Under the pieces are notes generated by a model. The model was given only the letters and a program-made list of their open reading frames with translations, was not told the origin of the DNA and ran no database searches. DNA of 42,869 bases from IMG/VR virus record IMGVR_UViG_3300036835_000552; one strand, given 5' to 3'. Below, in pieces: positions 7,937 to 17,127 of this stretch. Both the position numbers and the translations under genes were made by a program. How positions within the stretch are numbered: the first letter of the stretch is position 1; every line of letters begins with the position of its first letter. Origin of the DNA: a virus.

Positions 7937-8686
7937 TCACGGTGCTTGCGACGAGACCGCGCGGCGGCGCCACGTCGGGGTGGTCCCTGTCCACACCTCG
8001 GCGAGGGCTTGCGACGCCCGGACCGCCGTCGGCGCCCCGGTGTTCGTCGCCCACACCTCGGTCAAGTCCTGTGACGCGTAGACACTCGTCGGCGGCTGGT
8101 TTTGCGCCCACACCTCGACGAGGGTTTGCGACGCGCGAGCAACCGGCGTGTCGGCAACCCACACCTCGGGCACGACTTGACTCGCCCGGAGGTCGGGAAT
8201 GACCACCGGCCCCTCGAACGCGACGTCGATCAAATAAAAGTCGTTCGGGCTCGTGCCGCTTGGATACGCCGATTGCGACCCGCTGACCCAACACCCCCCG
8301 GCATATTTCATGATCGTGCCGAGTTGCAGGTTCGCGTTTGCCGAGTCGCCCCCCCGATACCCCCATGTCCCGGTGTTGTGAGAAATGCCGATCCGGTATC
8401 GCGCGTTCGCGGTGACGGCGACGGGTGTCGTTAACGTAACGGTTTGCCACCCCGACGACGTCTCGCCACTAAACGCTTGACTCCCGAGCAACGTCGGTCC
8501 GGTTTCCGACCAGAGAAAGGCGGTGTGGGTCCCGGTATCGGAGGAGTCCTTGTAAAACGAAATCGCGTTCACGTTGCCGTTGTACCCGGGAATCCAGATT
8601 TGCCCTTGCACGGTATTGCCCGTGCCGTTGTAGCTATAGGAACCGGGGTTGGCGCCCGCAAAGAACGTGTAGACCTGTGTTGGCAT
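7937..8686 (-). CDS. DUF4082-domain protein with C-terminal ASQxLxEVW repeats (putative receptor-binding protein)
   Basis: The stretch [59 protein letters not shown] matches the DUF4082 pattern. Starts at an internal ATG at 8686. Confidence 0.65.
   Translation of the reverse strand: MPTQVYTFFAGANPGSYSYNGTGNTVQGQIWIPGYNGNVNAISFYKDSSDTGTHTAFLWSETGPTLLGSQAFSGETSSGWQTVTLTTPVAVTANARYRIGISHNTGTWGYRGGDSANANLQLGTIMKYAGGCWVSGSQSAYPSGTSPNDFYLIDVAFEGPVVIPDLRASQVVPEVWVADTPVARASQTLVEVWAQNQPPTSVYASQDLTEVWATNTGAPTAVRASQALAEVWTGTTPTWRRRAVSSQAP
7985..8185 (-). repeat. Four degenerate tandem coding repeats (51-60 nt each)
   Basis: Peptide repeats ASQVVPEVW / ASQTLVEVW / ASQDLTEVW / ASQALAEVW. The plus strand shows ccacacctcg...ttg(c/a)(g/c)a recurring. 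Confidence 0.7.
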
Positions 8687-8691
8687 TGCGC

Positions 8692-10224
8692 TTAGAGCGT
8701 CACCCTTTGCCCGACTTGCATCGCGTTCACACCCGCGAGCGTCCACGCGACCCCGGTCGCCGGATCGACGGCATCGACCCGCGAGACGTAGGTGTACGTC
8801 GAGCTAATCGCGGTGTCGGTGCCCGCGACCTCGGTCGAGGCGGATTTGACGCGCACCTGCGCCTGGCGGGTGCCGGCGTCGGATTTCCGCATGTAGACTT
8901 TCGACACCACGGCGAGCACGGCGAAGGGCGTCACGGCGAGCGGCGACACGGTGTACAAATCCTCGGCGTTGACCACCGAGCTATACACAAAGTCGGTGTC
9001 GCCGTTCGCGAGGGGTTCCGCCACGGCGGCGGCGTTCATGCCCATCGTATGCGTGCAGCCGGCCGTGTTCCCGCCCGTCTCGGTCGAGGCGGGGCACGAT
9101 GCCGGGAACCCACTCGCGAAGGGTTGCGCGAGGGCCAAGTGATCGTTCAGCCCGTAAATCCACGCGCTCGTCGTCGTCGAGAACGAGGCACTTGCCAGCA
9201 AGCAGACCCACACTTGCGACGTCGGAAGCAGATAAACGCCGGGCGTAAACGGGAGGTCGAGCACCCCGGCGCCGGGGTTCGTGATGATCGCCGACGTGCC
9301 GAGGCGGGTGCCGGGATCGTTCGCGTTCCCCCACGGCCCCGCAGTCGAACGCGCCGTCGGTCCGTCATTCGCGTAGATGGCCGCTTGAATCTGCCCCGTA
9401 AGCGCCGACTGGAGGATGATCGTCACCTTCGTCACGACACTCGCCCGCGCCGGGAGCGCCATTTGAATGGGCAGGATCGTGTTCGCCGGCATGGTGATGT
9501 TGCCAGCGCCGCCCGAGGTTGGCGACGTCACGATGCCCGCGAGCGAGGTAGCAAAGTCTTTCTGTGCGGTATCGAACGCCGCCAGTTGGCACACCCCCCG
9601 TACGTCGCCCACCCAATCGTTCGGCGCGGGTGCGCTGCCTGAGTACACGAGGAGATCGTCGACGCGCGGGGCGTTCGCGCCCCCCGTCACCACAATGACG
9701 TTCGCGTAGTTGTTTGCCGTACCGCCGCGCGTGTTGAGGTTCGTCGGGCTCGCGAAGCTATCGGACGTCTGGCCGTTCTTCCGCACGGTCAGCGAGCCGG
9801 CGGTGTTCGAGATCACGACCCGAATCTGAAAATGCGTCCAGACGTCCTGTGCAAACGCGCCGGTGTACGTTGCGAGCACTGTCCCCGTCTGAATCCCTGA
9901 TTTCAGCACGATGTTGCCGCTGGATTCCAGCACGATCGTACACTGCGCCGTGGCGCCGTCGCGAAGAATGACGTACACCTCAGGCGTCGTCCCGGAGAGG
10001 GCACCGGGACGATAGTAGGCCAGGGTGAGGAAGATCGTTGCCTCGTTCGACGACAGATTTTTCTGCAAGCTCACGCCGCTGAGATTCGTAATTCCTTGTC
10101 CCGTCCCGAAACGCGTATTCGCCCCCGTGGTGAAGGTCGGCAAACTGGTCACCGAATCCCACACGCTGCGCGCCACGTCGGCGGTCGAGCCGTAGTAGTC
10201 GAAACTGTCCGCGACGATCCACAT
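8692..10224 (-). CDS. Large fibre-associated protein (510 aa), function unknown
   Basis: The ATG at 10224 overlaps the upstream TAA (TAATG). Beta-rich, Ser/Thr/Gly/Asn-rich sequence. Codon usage is atypical for this genome. Confidence 0.6.
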   Translation of the reverse strand: MWIVADSFDYYGSTADVARSVWDSVTSLPTFTTGANTRFGTGQGITNLSGVSLQKNLSSNEATIFLTLAYYRPGALSGTTPEVYVILRDGATAQCTIVLESSGNIVLKSGIQTGTVLATYTGAFAQDVWTHFQIRVVISNTAGSLTVRKNGQTSDSFASPTNLNTRGGTANNYANVIVVTGGANAPRVDDLLVYSGSAPAPNDWVGDVRGVCQLAAFDTAQKDFATSLAGIVTSPTSGGAGNITMPANTILPIQMALPARASVVTKVTIILQSALTGQIQAAIYANDGPTARSTAGPWGNANDPGTRLGTSAIITNPGAGVLDLPFTPGVYLLPTSQVWVCLLASASFSTTTSAWIYGLNDHLALAQPFASGFPASCPASTETGGNTAGCTHTMGMNAAAVAEPLANGDTDFVYSSVVNAEDLYTVSPLAVTPFAVLAVVSKVYMRKSDAGTRQAQVRVKSASTEVAGTDTAISSTYTYVSRVDAVDPATGVAWTLAGVNAMQVGQRVTL

Positions 10225-10958
10225 TAGAGTGCCCCCCGGAGCGTCCAGGTCGGATCGGCGAGCGTCGCGTCGGCTGGCGTCGCGGCGATGATCTCGATCC
10301 GATCGCCCACGCCGACTGCGACACTCGTCGCCCACACGAACGTCGCCACCGTCGCGCCCGCCGCCCACTGAATCTTCCCCTTCGACGCGCCGTTCACCTG
10401 GACGTCGAAGAGGGTCAGCGCCGTCGCCGCGCCCTTCGCGAGCGCCTGGCTGCCGGTCAGGCCGGCCGGCAGCGTGAACGCCATGGCCGCGTCGTAGAGC
10501 GCGACCGAGAGGCCGGCCGTCGGCACGCCGCCGAGCGAGCCGGCAAGCAGGTAGAACTGGCCGCCGATCAGCTTCCCGACACTCGCCATCGCCGGCACGA
10601 ACTGCGACGTCACGCCGTCGTTGTAATAGACGTACAGGTTGCCGTCCGTCGTGCGCCACCAGAGCTGGCCGACCACCGGCGACGCCGGCGCCGAGGGCCC
10701 GATGACCACCGGCGGCGGCGCGCCGGGCAGGCTGTTGAACGCGGTCACCAGGTCGTTGTGCGCCGCGAACACGGTGTCCAGGTCCGCGTCAACCTCGCTG
10801 TCGTGAATGATGTCGTACCCGAGCGCCACCTCGGTCACGTACTCCCGCGTGCCGCCGCTCTTCACCGGCCGCAGAATGGATGCGGGCGTCCCGCTCCGCA
10901 CGCGCCCGATCGTGATCGCGCGGCGCGCCGCGTTCCGCGTGAGTCTATCGTCCGTCAT
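10224..10958 (-). CDS. Tail fibre-like protein (244 aa)
   Basis: ATGA coupling to gp46. Motif GQLWWRTTDGNLYVYYNDGVTSQFVP, common near fibre N-termini. Confidence 0.6.
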   Translation of the reverse strand: MTDDRLTRNAARRAITIGRVRSGTPASILRPVKSGGTREYVTEVALGYDIIHDSEVDADLDTVFAAHNDLVTAFNSLPGAPPPVVIGPSAPASPVVGQLWWRTTDGNLYVYYNDGVTSQFVPAMASVGKLIGGQFYLLAGSLGGVPTAGLSVALYDAAMAFTLPAGLTGSQALAKGAATALTLFDVQVNGASKGKIQWAAGATVATFVWATSVAVGVGDRIEIIAATPADATLADPTWTLRGAL

Positions 10959-11542
10959 CGGCCTTCCTCCCACGGGTCGATGTTCCAGCGCGCGACGTTC
11001 CAGACCGTGTGGTGCCGCGGCGGCGCCGGGGCGATCGGCGGCGCGAGTGGCAGGAAGAGCTGGTCCCACGCCCATGCGTAGCGCATGTCGTAGGTCGTCC
11101 CGTCCTGGCGGAGGATCCGAATCCGCATCCCGAGGTAGCCAGGCGGGAAGCCCTGCGCGTCGAGCCACATTGCTTGAATGTCAACGCGCGCCGCGACGCC
11201 GTCCGCGGTCATCCAGGCGAGCGCCTCGGCGGCGTACTGGCACGCGCGCTGCCGCGTCTGATCGGTCGCCTTCTCCCGCGCGAGTAACCAGAGGCGCGAG
11301 CCCATCGCCCCTTCCGGGGGCGCGTCCTGGTCGCCCACCGGGCCGGTGTTGCCCCACCACCCGCGGCGGTCGTCGCTCATGTCGGGGAGCACGTCGTCGA
11401 CGCGCGCACTGTTGTCCGTGAACAGCGAGAGAATCACCGAGGTCTGGAGATCATGGTCGGTCTCCAGGCCGGGCGGGTCCATCATCCAATCGGCCGCCCA
11501 GGGCGCCGTGTCCGGGTTCCACGCGGTGCGCACGTCGGGCAT
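10955..11542 (-). CDS. Baseplate protein, Mu gp46 family (P2 gpW-like)
   Basis: Motifs SVILSLFTDNSA, RRGWWGN and GSRLWLLAREK. Confidence 0.8.
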   Translation of the reverse strand: MPDVRTAWNPDTAPWAADWMMDPPGLETDHDLQTSVILSLFTDNSARVDDVLPDMSDDRRGWWGNTGPVGDQDAPPEGAMGSRLWLLAREKATDQTRQRACQYAAEALAWMTADGVAARVDIQAMWLDAQGFPPGYLGMRIRILRQDGTTYDMRYAWAWDQLFLPLAPPIAPAPPRHHTVWNVARWNIDPWEEGR

Positions 11543-11545
11543 GCG

Positions 11546-11836
11546 TCAGCCTCCGACCTTCGTCGAGCCGGAGCCGCCGACGCGCGCATGCCCGCAGGTG
11601 TCGACGTCCTGCGTGCGGATGACCGCCTGGTTGGCGATGCGCACCGAGCTGCTGCCGCCCGCCGTTGCCCAGACGTTCGCGCAATGCGCGTTGACCTCGG
11701 GGCACGGCGGATGCGCGCTCCCTTTCGATCCGACGACGGCGACCACCAGGCCGTCGACCCGCACGAACGCCTGCGGGATGGTCTGGATGATGCCGCCGCC
11801 GGCGTTCTGGTCCGTCATCCGTTGGACTGCTGGCAT
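11546..11836 (-). CDS. PAAR-domain spike-tip protein
   Basis: Gly-rich beta pattern with conserved H/C (GSAHPPCPEV..., DTCGHARVGGS). Follows the gp45-like spike gene. The start may instead be the GTG at 11839. Confidence 0.75.
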   Translation of the reverse strand: MPAVQRMTDQNAGGGIIQTIPQAFVRVDGLVVAVVGSKGSAHPPCPEVNAHCANVWATAGGSSSVRIANQAVIRTQDVDTCGHARVGGSGSTKVGG

Positions 11837-11839
11837 CAC

Positions 11840-12286
11840 TCAGCTCTCGTTCACGTCGACCGAGGGCGACGTCACCTTGACCGACTCGCTCGCGTCGATC
11901 GTCAGCTTCTTGCAGGTGAGCTTGTATTCGTCGCACGTTACCTCGACGACTTTCCCGCGCTTCAACACCACCGACGTCCCCTCGTCCGTGTAGAGCGCCA
12001 CCTCGCCCGGCTGGAGGTTGCGGAGCCGGTAGCGGCGGTCGTCGGTCACGATCGCGATCGGGTGCGAGCGGTTCCCGCCGAGGAAGAGGACGATGGTCTC
12101 GGCGCCGCCTTTCGGGACGCTCGTCACCCCGTAGGGCTGGAAGTGCTCGATGTCGTCGATCGTCTCGTTCGAGAGCACGCGCACCTGGTGCCGCTGCATC
12201 TTCTTCTGGTCGTCGGTGAGCGCGACCAGGCCGCGCCCGGCGCCCATGACAGCGCGGCTGTACGTGTCGTCGGTGATCTGGCTCAT
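11840..12286 (-). CDS. Baseplate assembly protein V / Mu gp45-like spike
   Basis: Motifs QPYGVTSVPKGGAE and RNLQPGEVALY. ATGA coupling. Confidence 0.8.
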   Translation of the reverse strand: MSQITDDTYSRAVMGAGRGLVALTDDQKKMQRHQVRVLSNETIDDIEHFQPYGVTSVPKGGAETIVLFLGGNRSHPIAIVTDDRRYRLRNLQPGEVALYTDEGTSVVLKRGKVVEVTCDEYKLTCKKLTIDASESVKVTSPSVDVNES

Positions 12287-13527
12287 GGCTCGTCGTCGCC
12301 CGCGCTGCCGTTCCCCGCGGCGCCTTCGTCCCACGCCTGCTTCGTGTCCTTCGCGTCGCCGCTCGCCGGCTTCGAGGCCCGGTCGATCTCTTGCTCGGTC
12401 GCCAGGAACGCGCCCGGCAGCGTCAGCTCGAGGTCCGTGCGCGTGCCGCCGTCGTCCTTCACGAACTCCACCGAGGCGATCACCAGCGACTCGTTCAGGC
12501 CGAGGAACTTGGCGTCGATCGGCACCGTATCGCCGGCATGCCAGAGCGTGCCGTCCGGCTGTGTCCAGCCCTGCACCGTGACGCGCGCGCGCTTCGAGCG
12601 GCCGATGCGCCGGGCCTTCTCGTATTCCGCGCGCTGCTTCGCCTGCGCCGCGTCCATCACGTGTTCGCCGTAGATGATGACCGGGCGATTGCGCTTCACC
12701 GCGGGATCGGTGACGGTGGCGCTGGGGGCGACGAGGGTGTCGGGCTCGCCGCCGCCGCCGTCGCCGCCTTCGCCTGAATCACCACCGTCCCCACTGTCAG
12801 GGTCCCAGTCGGCGGCGTCGTCGGTGTTCTTGTTGTGGGCTTTGACGGTGTACGAGCTGCCGCGGTCGCTCCAGTCGAACTCGGCGCTGGCGGCGAGAAT
12901 GTTCTGCCCCTGGACCAGCTTGCCCGAAGCGCCGTGCGCGCCAGGCCGGGTAACGACGAGATTTCCCCTCTCGTCATCGCTGACCAGAACGCCGAGCAGG
13001 CGGGACAGCCGTTCGAGAAACGCATGGCGAGTCTCCCCTTGCTGGATCTGCACGTCGGGCAGCTTCTCGCCGGCCGGCGCATCGTAGACGACTTTGATGC
13101 CGAGCGGCTTCATCACGCGCTCCGCGATCTGTTGGAACGTCAAGCCCTGCAACTGCCCGGCGTCGATCTCGACGGAGCTGTCGACGGCGTCCTCGGTGAG
13201 CGAGCGGCCGCGCGCTTCGACGCGGTGCGAGCGCGCATCGAACGCCACGGTGTAGGCGTCGACCCAGCCCGTGTTGACGAGCATGCCGTCCAGAATGACC
13301 TCGCACTTCTGGCCGGGGCTGATCGGCCACGGCTTGTCCTGGCCGGGCCACCGCTCCGAGACCTCGCACGCCCACGGCGACGACGCTTCCTCGATGCTCC
13401 GCCGCACGCGCACGGACGTCCAGCCGCCGTAGTCGGTGCCCTCGATGCGGAGCACCAGGCCCGTCGCATCGGTGAGGCGCGACGCGCTGACCTCGACCTC
13501 GGGCAGCTGCGTAACGGCCTGGCTCAT
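12283..13527 (-). CDS. Baseplate hub protein, Mu gpP (gp44) / P2 gpD-like
   Basis: Position and length fit. ATGA coupling on both sides. Contains an acidic Gly/Asp-rich insert. Confidence 0.75.
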   Translation of the reverse strand: MSQAVTQLPEVEVSASRLTDATGLVLRIEGTDYGGWTSVRVRRSIEEASSPWACEVSERWPGQDKPWPISPGQKCEVILDGMLVNTGWVDAYTVAFDARSHRVEARGRSLTEDAVDSSVEIDAGQLQGLTFQQIAERVMKPLGIKVVYDAPAGEKLPDVQIQQGETRHAFLERLSRLLGVLVSDDERGNLVVTRPGAHGASGKLVQGQNILAASAEFDWSDRGSSYTVKAHNKNTDDAADWDPDSGDGGDSGEGGDGGGGEPDTLVAPSATVTDPAVKRNRPVIIYGEHVMDAAQAKQRAEYEKARRIGRSKRARVTVQGWTQPDGTLWHAGDTVPIDAKFLGLNESLVIASVEFVKDDGGTRTDLELTLPGAFLATEQEIDRASKPASGDAKDTKQAWDEGAAGNGSAGDDEP

Positions 13528-14891
13528 AGTGCCGCCACGACGCCCGACACGGGCAGGAAGCCGGGATGGACCGCGTGCGTCCGCGCCACCAGCTCCGCGC
13601 CGCGCGACGGATCCTGATAGAGCCGCATCGCGAGCACGGGCGCCGGCTGCGGCGCGTTCGTCGTGTAGGTGCGGAGCGGGCGGAGATTCGTGCCGCGGCG
13701 GCTCAGTTCGCGGCTGATGCTCGTGCGCAGCGCCGCCATCGTCCGGCAGACGTCGGCCGACGCGCCGAGCTCCACGTCGTCGAACAGGTCCATCACCCAC
13801 AGGCGGAGCGCCGCCAAGTCGCCGTACGACGTGAGCGGTACCGTGCGGATGGGCTCGATCAGGCCGGCCAGCGCGTTCTGGTTGACGAGCGCCGTCAGGG
13901 CCGCCGAGTTCGCCGCTTCCTGCGCCCGCGCGGGCGTGGGCGGCACCGGCGGCGCGACGTCGCGCGGCACGCCGAGCGCCGCCAGGCGGCGGCTCAGGAC
14001 CGGTGTCGGGCCGGGCTGCTGGCCCTCGACGAACTGGCGCGCGTTCGCCGTCACCGGAAAGCGCAGCCGCCCGAGCACGCCGAGCAGCGTGATCGCCTGC
14101 GCCACCGGCTTCGCGCCGGCGATGATCGACGTCCCCTGTTCGATGAACTTGATGATCGACGCCGGCGAGAGGTCCGACGGCAGGAGGCGCAGCAGCGTCC
14201 CGATCGCTCCCATGGCCGGCATCGGGAGGCCCATCCACCCGAGCACGTCGACCAGGCTGCCCAGGTCTTTGATCGCGGAGAGCGACACGAAGTCCTGCAG
14301 CCCCGTCGCTTTCCAGATGCCGCCGAACCAGTCGCCCGCGGCGCCGAGCAGGCCATCCGCGGCGGTGCCCAGCGCGGCCCCCGGCGCCTCGATGGGAATG
14401 GGCGCCGCGGTCTCGCTCGATTCGGAGAACGCCAGGTCGAAGCGGCAGATGCCGCCCTCGTCGCTGCCCTCGCGCGTGCGGTAGCCGTCGACGCAGACGT
14501 TCAGCTCGCCCAGGTACGGATGCACCAGCTTGCCCGGGCCGCCCGCTTCGAGCGCCGCGAGCAGCCGATCCCGCGCGCCCATGTAGTCGTCGCCCAGCGT
14601 GTAGCCGCGAATCGCGTAGCGCCGCGCCTGGCGGCCGAGGTCTTCGGAGAACGGGAGGTCGCGCCCCGGATACTCGAAGTGCACCCAGCGCCGCCCGCCT
14701 TCGCCGTTCGCCTCGTCGACCCCGAACGGCACGCCGCGGAAGGATGCCGGCTGGAGCCGCTGGCGCCAGGGCGCCGGGAACGTCTGCGGCGGCGGCGTGC
14801 CCGTCGGGTCGCTGTCAAAGAAGCCGACCGGCCACGACACCGCGCCTTTGATCAGACCGACGGCCTGGCCGACGAGGCTATCGTCTGCCAT
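13524..14891 (-). CDS. Mu gpN-like (DNA circulation family) tail/baseplate protein
   Basis: N-terminal hallmark ASFRGVPF..DEANGEGGRRWVHFEYPGRDLPFSEDLGRQARRY. Confidence 0.8.
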   Translation of the reverse strand: MADDSLVGQAVGLIKGAVSWPVGFFDSDPTGTPPPQTFPAPWRQRLQPASFRGVPFGVDEANGEGGRRWVHFEYPGRDLPFSEDLGRQARRYAIRGYTLGDDYMGARDRLLAALEAGGPGKLVHPYLGELNVCVDGYRTREGSDEGGICRFDLAFSESSETAAPIPIEAPGAALGTAADGLLGAAGDWFGGIWKATGLQDFVSLSAIKDLGSLVDVLGWMGLPMPAMGAIGTLLRLLPSDLSPASIIKFIEQGTSIIAGAKPVAQAITLLGVLGRLRFPVTANARQFVEGQQPGPTPVLSRRLAALGVPRDVAPPVPPTPARAQEAANSAALTALVNQNALAGLIEPIRTVPLTSYGDLAALRLWVMDLFDDVELGASADVCRTMAALRTSISRELSRRGTNLRPLRTYTTNAPQPAPVLAMRLYQDPSRGAELVARTHAVHPGFLPVSGVVAAL

Positions 14892-16600
14892 CAGCCCACG
14901 CTCGCCAGGTGGGGCATCGAGTAGCCAACGTTCAGGCTGGTGCGGAGCCCGCGGCCCTTCGTCTGCTGCGTCGCGCGCGAGCCGGCCGGCGCGCCGTTGA
15001 TGTGCAGGTTGACGTCGACGGTGCCGCCGGGCGGACGCGCGTAGGGAATCCCCTTCCAGGGCTCCGCGGGCGCGCCGGCCGCTGGCTGGCCGGGCGCGCC
15101 GGGCGCCGCGCCGGGCGGCGTGCCGGCGAAGAGGTCCTGCAAGCCGCCGAGCGGATTGGCGAGAATGCCGAGCAGGCGCAGCATCGGATGCTCGCGGAGC
15201 CGGCTCCAGGCGTTCGTGAAGCGATCCACCACGTCGTCGAGCACGCGCGTCACGACGTCGCGGATGTTCCCGAGCTGCTGCGCGATGGCGCGATAGAGCG
15301 CCCCCCAGGTGACGTCGGTGACCTTCTGCACCACCTTCGAGTAGTACCGGACCCAGTGCGCGATCTTGTTCCAGTAGAGGTAGACGATCGTCGCAGCCTC
15401 GATCAGGAAGAAGGTCAAGGCGATCCACGGGTTTTTGTACATCGCGAGCGTGATCGCCTTGATCCCCGTCGCGACGGTTAAGAGCGCCGCGCCGAACTCG
15501 AGCACCTCGGACACGACGAGCAGGCCGCCGAAGATCAGGAGCAGGCGATTCACGCCGCCGAGGCGGGCGACGATATCGAGCGCGTACTGCCCCCACTTTT
15601 TCCACTTCTCCAGCTGCGCGGTCCAGTTGACCGCGCGCAGGTTCTGCCAGAGCTTCGCGACCGCGTCGGCGCCCTTGTTCACGTACACGTGGATCTGCTG
15701 CGTGAGCCACTGGCGATTGACGACGATCCACTCGCGCACCGCATCCACGGCCTTCTTCGTGTACGGCGCGAGCGCCGCGCCGATGATCTCCTGCACGCGG
15801 CTGAACGCGCGGTGCAGGCGGATTTGCGATATCTCCAGCTCGTGCGCTTCGTGCGTCTCCGCGGCCGTCATCCGGCCGAGCTGCTCCATGTCCTTGCGCG
15901 CCAGGGCGAGCCCGCGCGATCCCAGCGCGAGCATGGGAATCAGGGCTTGTCCGCCCTTTCCGAACGCCGCGACCGCCAGGCGGGCGCGCTGCGCCGGGTT
16001 GTGAATGCGCGCGATCGCGTCGGCCAGCTGCGGCATCACGTCCGCGGCGCTGCGCACGTGGCCCTTCGCGTCGCGCGCGTTGAGGCCGATGAAGCCGAAG
16101 ACCTTGACCGCTTCCTTGTTCTTGCCCGCGGCCACCTGCGCGAGCACCCGGTTCAGGCGCCCGAGGTTCGTGTCCAGCACGTCCGTCGGCACTTTCACCA
16201 GCGACGCGGCGTACTCCAGGTCTTGCAGGGTACTGACCGTGGTGCCGATGCGCGTCGACACCACGTTCAACCGCGAGCCTTCTTCGACGAAGCGGTTGAG
16301 GCCCTCCGCCAGGTCGAAGAGCCCGGCCACCGTCGCGCCGCCGGCGCCGAGGCCGAGGATCGGCAGCATCATGTGGACGAACTCCTTGCCCACCTTGATC
16401 GCTTCGTCGTGGATGGAGTGCAGCAGGCCGGGCAGCTTCGAGAGCCCGCTCTGCGTGGAGAACGCGCGGAACTGGCGGCCGATGCTGGACGCGACGGTGC
16501 CGAGGCTCGCGAGCTTCCGCTGAATCGCGGTGACGGGCGCGGTCGCCTTGTCGACGACCGCGATGACGGTGGTGACCCGGGAGACGACGTCGGTCGCCAT
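14891..16600 (-). CDS. Tail tape measure protein
   Basis: Helical, with internal hydrophobic segments. Positioned after the chaperone and before the baseplate genes. Confidence 0.85.
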   Translation of the reverse strand: MATDVVSRVTTVIAVVDKATAPVTAIQRKLASLGTVASSIGRQFRAFSTQSGLSKLPGLLHSIHDEAIKVGKEFVHMMLPILGLGAGGATVAGLFDLAEGLNRFVEEGSRLNVVSTRIGTTVSTLQDLEYAASLVKVPTDVLDTNLGRLNRVLAQVAAGKNKEAVKVFGFIGLNARDAKGHVRSAADVMPQLADAIARIHNPAQRARLAVAAFGKGGQALIPMLALGSRGLALARKDMEQLGRMTAAETHEAHELEISQIRLHRAFSRVQEIIGAALAPYTKKAVDAVREWIVVNRQWLTQQIHVYVNKGADAVAKLWQNLRAVNWTAQLEKWKKWGQYALDIVARLGGVNRLLLIFGGLLVVSEVLEFGAALLTVATGIKAITLAMYKNPWIALTFFLIEAATIVYLYWNKIAHWVRYYSKVVQKVTDVTWGALYRAIAQQLGNIRDVVTRVLDDVVDRFTNAWSRLREHPMLRLLGILANPLGGLQDLFAGTPPGAAPGAPGQPAAGAPAEPWKGIPYARPPGGTVDVNLHINGAPAGSRATQQTKGRGLRTSLNVGYSMPHLASVG

Positions 16601-16606
16601 CGTCGC

Positions 16607-16705
16607 TTACCGCTCCTGCGCGCGCTCGAACGCCTCTGCTTCGGCGCGCCGGATGCGCGCCACGTGCGCGGCGAGCCGCGGCAGCATCGTCAACGGGAGG
16701 GCCAT
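16607..16705 (-). CDS. -1 frame ORF downstream of the tail chaperone (probable frameshift extension)
   Basis: Not in the ORF track (under 60 aa). The frame is -1 relative to 16705..17127 and stays open upstream through at least nt 16798. Reads ...MALPLTMLPRLAAHVARIRRAEAEAFERAQER. Confidence 0.4.
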   Translation of the reverse strand: MALPLTMLPRLAAHVARIRRAEAEAFERAQER

Positions 16706-17127
16706 CACTCCCCCGAAGTCTCCGAAGACGTACGCAAGATCGACAGCATGTCTTTCAGCTTCTCTGCCGATGGCGCAAAAAGGGGGAGCAGCGCCGCTTC
16801 AATCGTCTTCAGGTCCGGCACGGAGAAACGTTTGATCGACGACTCCGGGACCGCGGCCAGGCGCGACAGGAGCGTGATCAGCACGCGGAGGTTCGCCGGC
16901 TTGCCCGGCCCCTCGCTGAACGGATCGCCCGCGTGCCACAGGTCCATGCCAGTCGGCAGCTGGAGGGTGACGCTCGCAATGGTCTCGCCCTGCGCCTGGA
17001 CCGGATAGAGCAGGTCGATGGTGCGCGGGAACGTCCGGCTGTATTCCTCGATGCGCTTCGACTGGACCTGTGCCTCGACGAGTTCCTCGGCGCTCAGGTC
17101 CTCGGTCGTGCCGGTGCCGTTCGTCAT
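16705..17127 (-). CDS. Tail assembly chaperone
   Basis: Position between the tube and tape measure genes, acidic 140-aa product, TGATG coupling with the tube gene. Confidence 0.7.
   Translation of the reverse strand: MTNGTGTTEDLSAEELVEAQVQSKRIEEYSRTFPRTIDLLYPVQAQGETIASVTLQLPTGMDLWHAGDPFSEGPGKPANLRVLITLLSRLAAVPESSIKRFSVPDLKTIEAALLPLFAPSAEKLKDMLSILRTSSETSGE

Noticed and set aside
3626-10958. Diversity-generating retroelement or invertase-driven fibre switching
   Set aside because: No reverse transcriptase, no template/variable repeat pair and no Gin/Cin-type invertase could be found anywhere in the genome.
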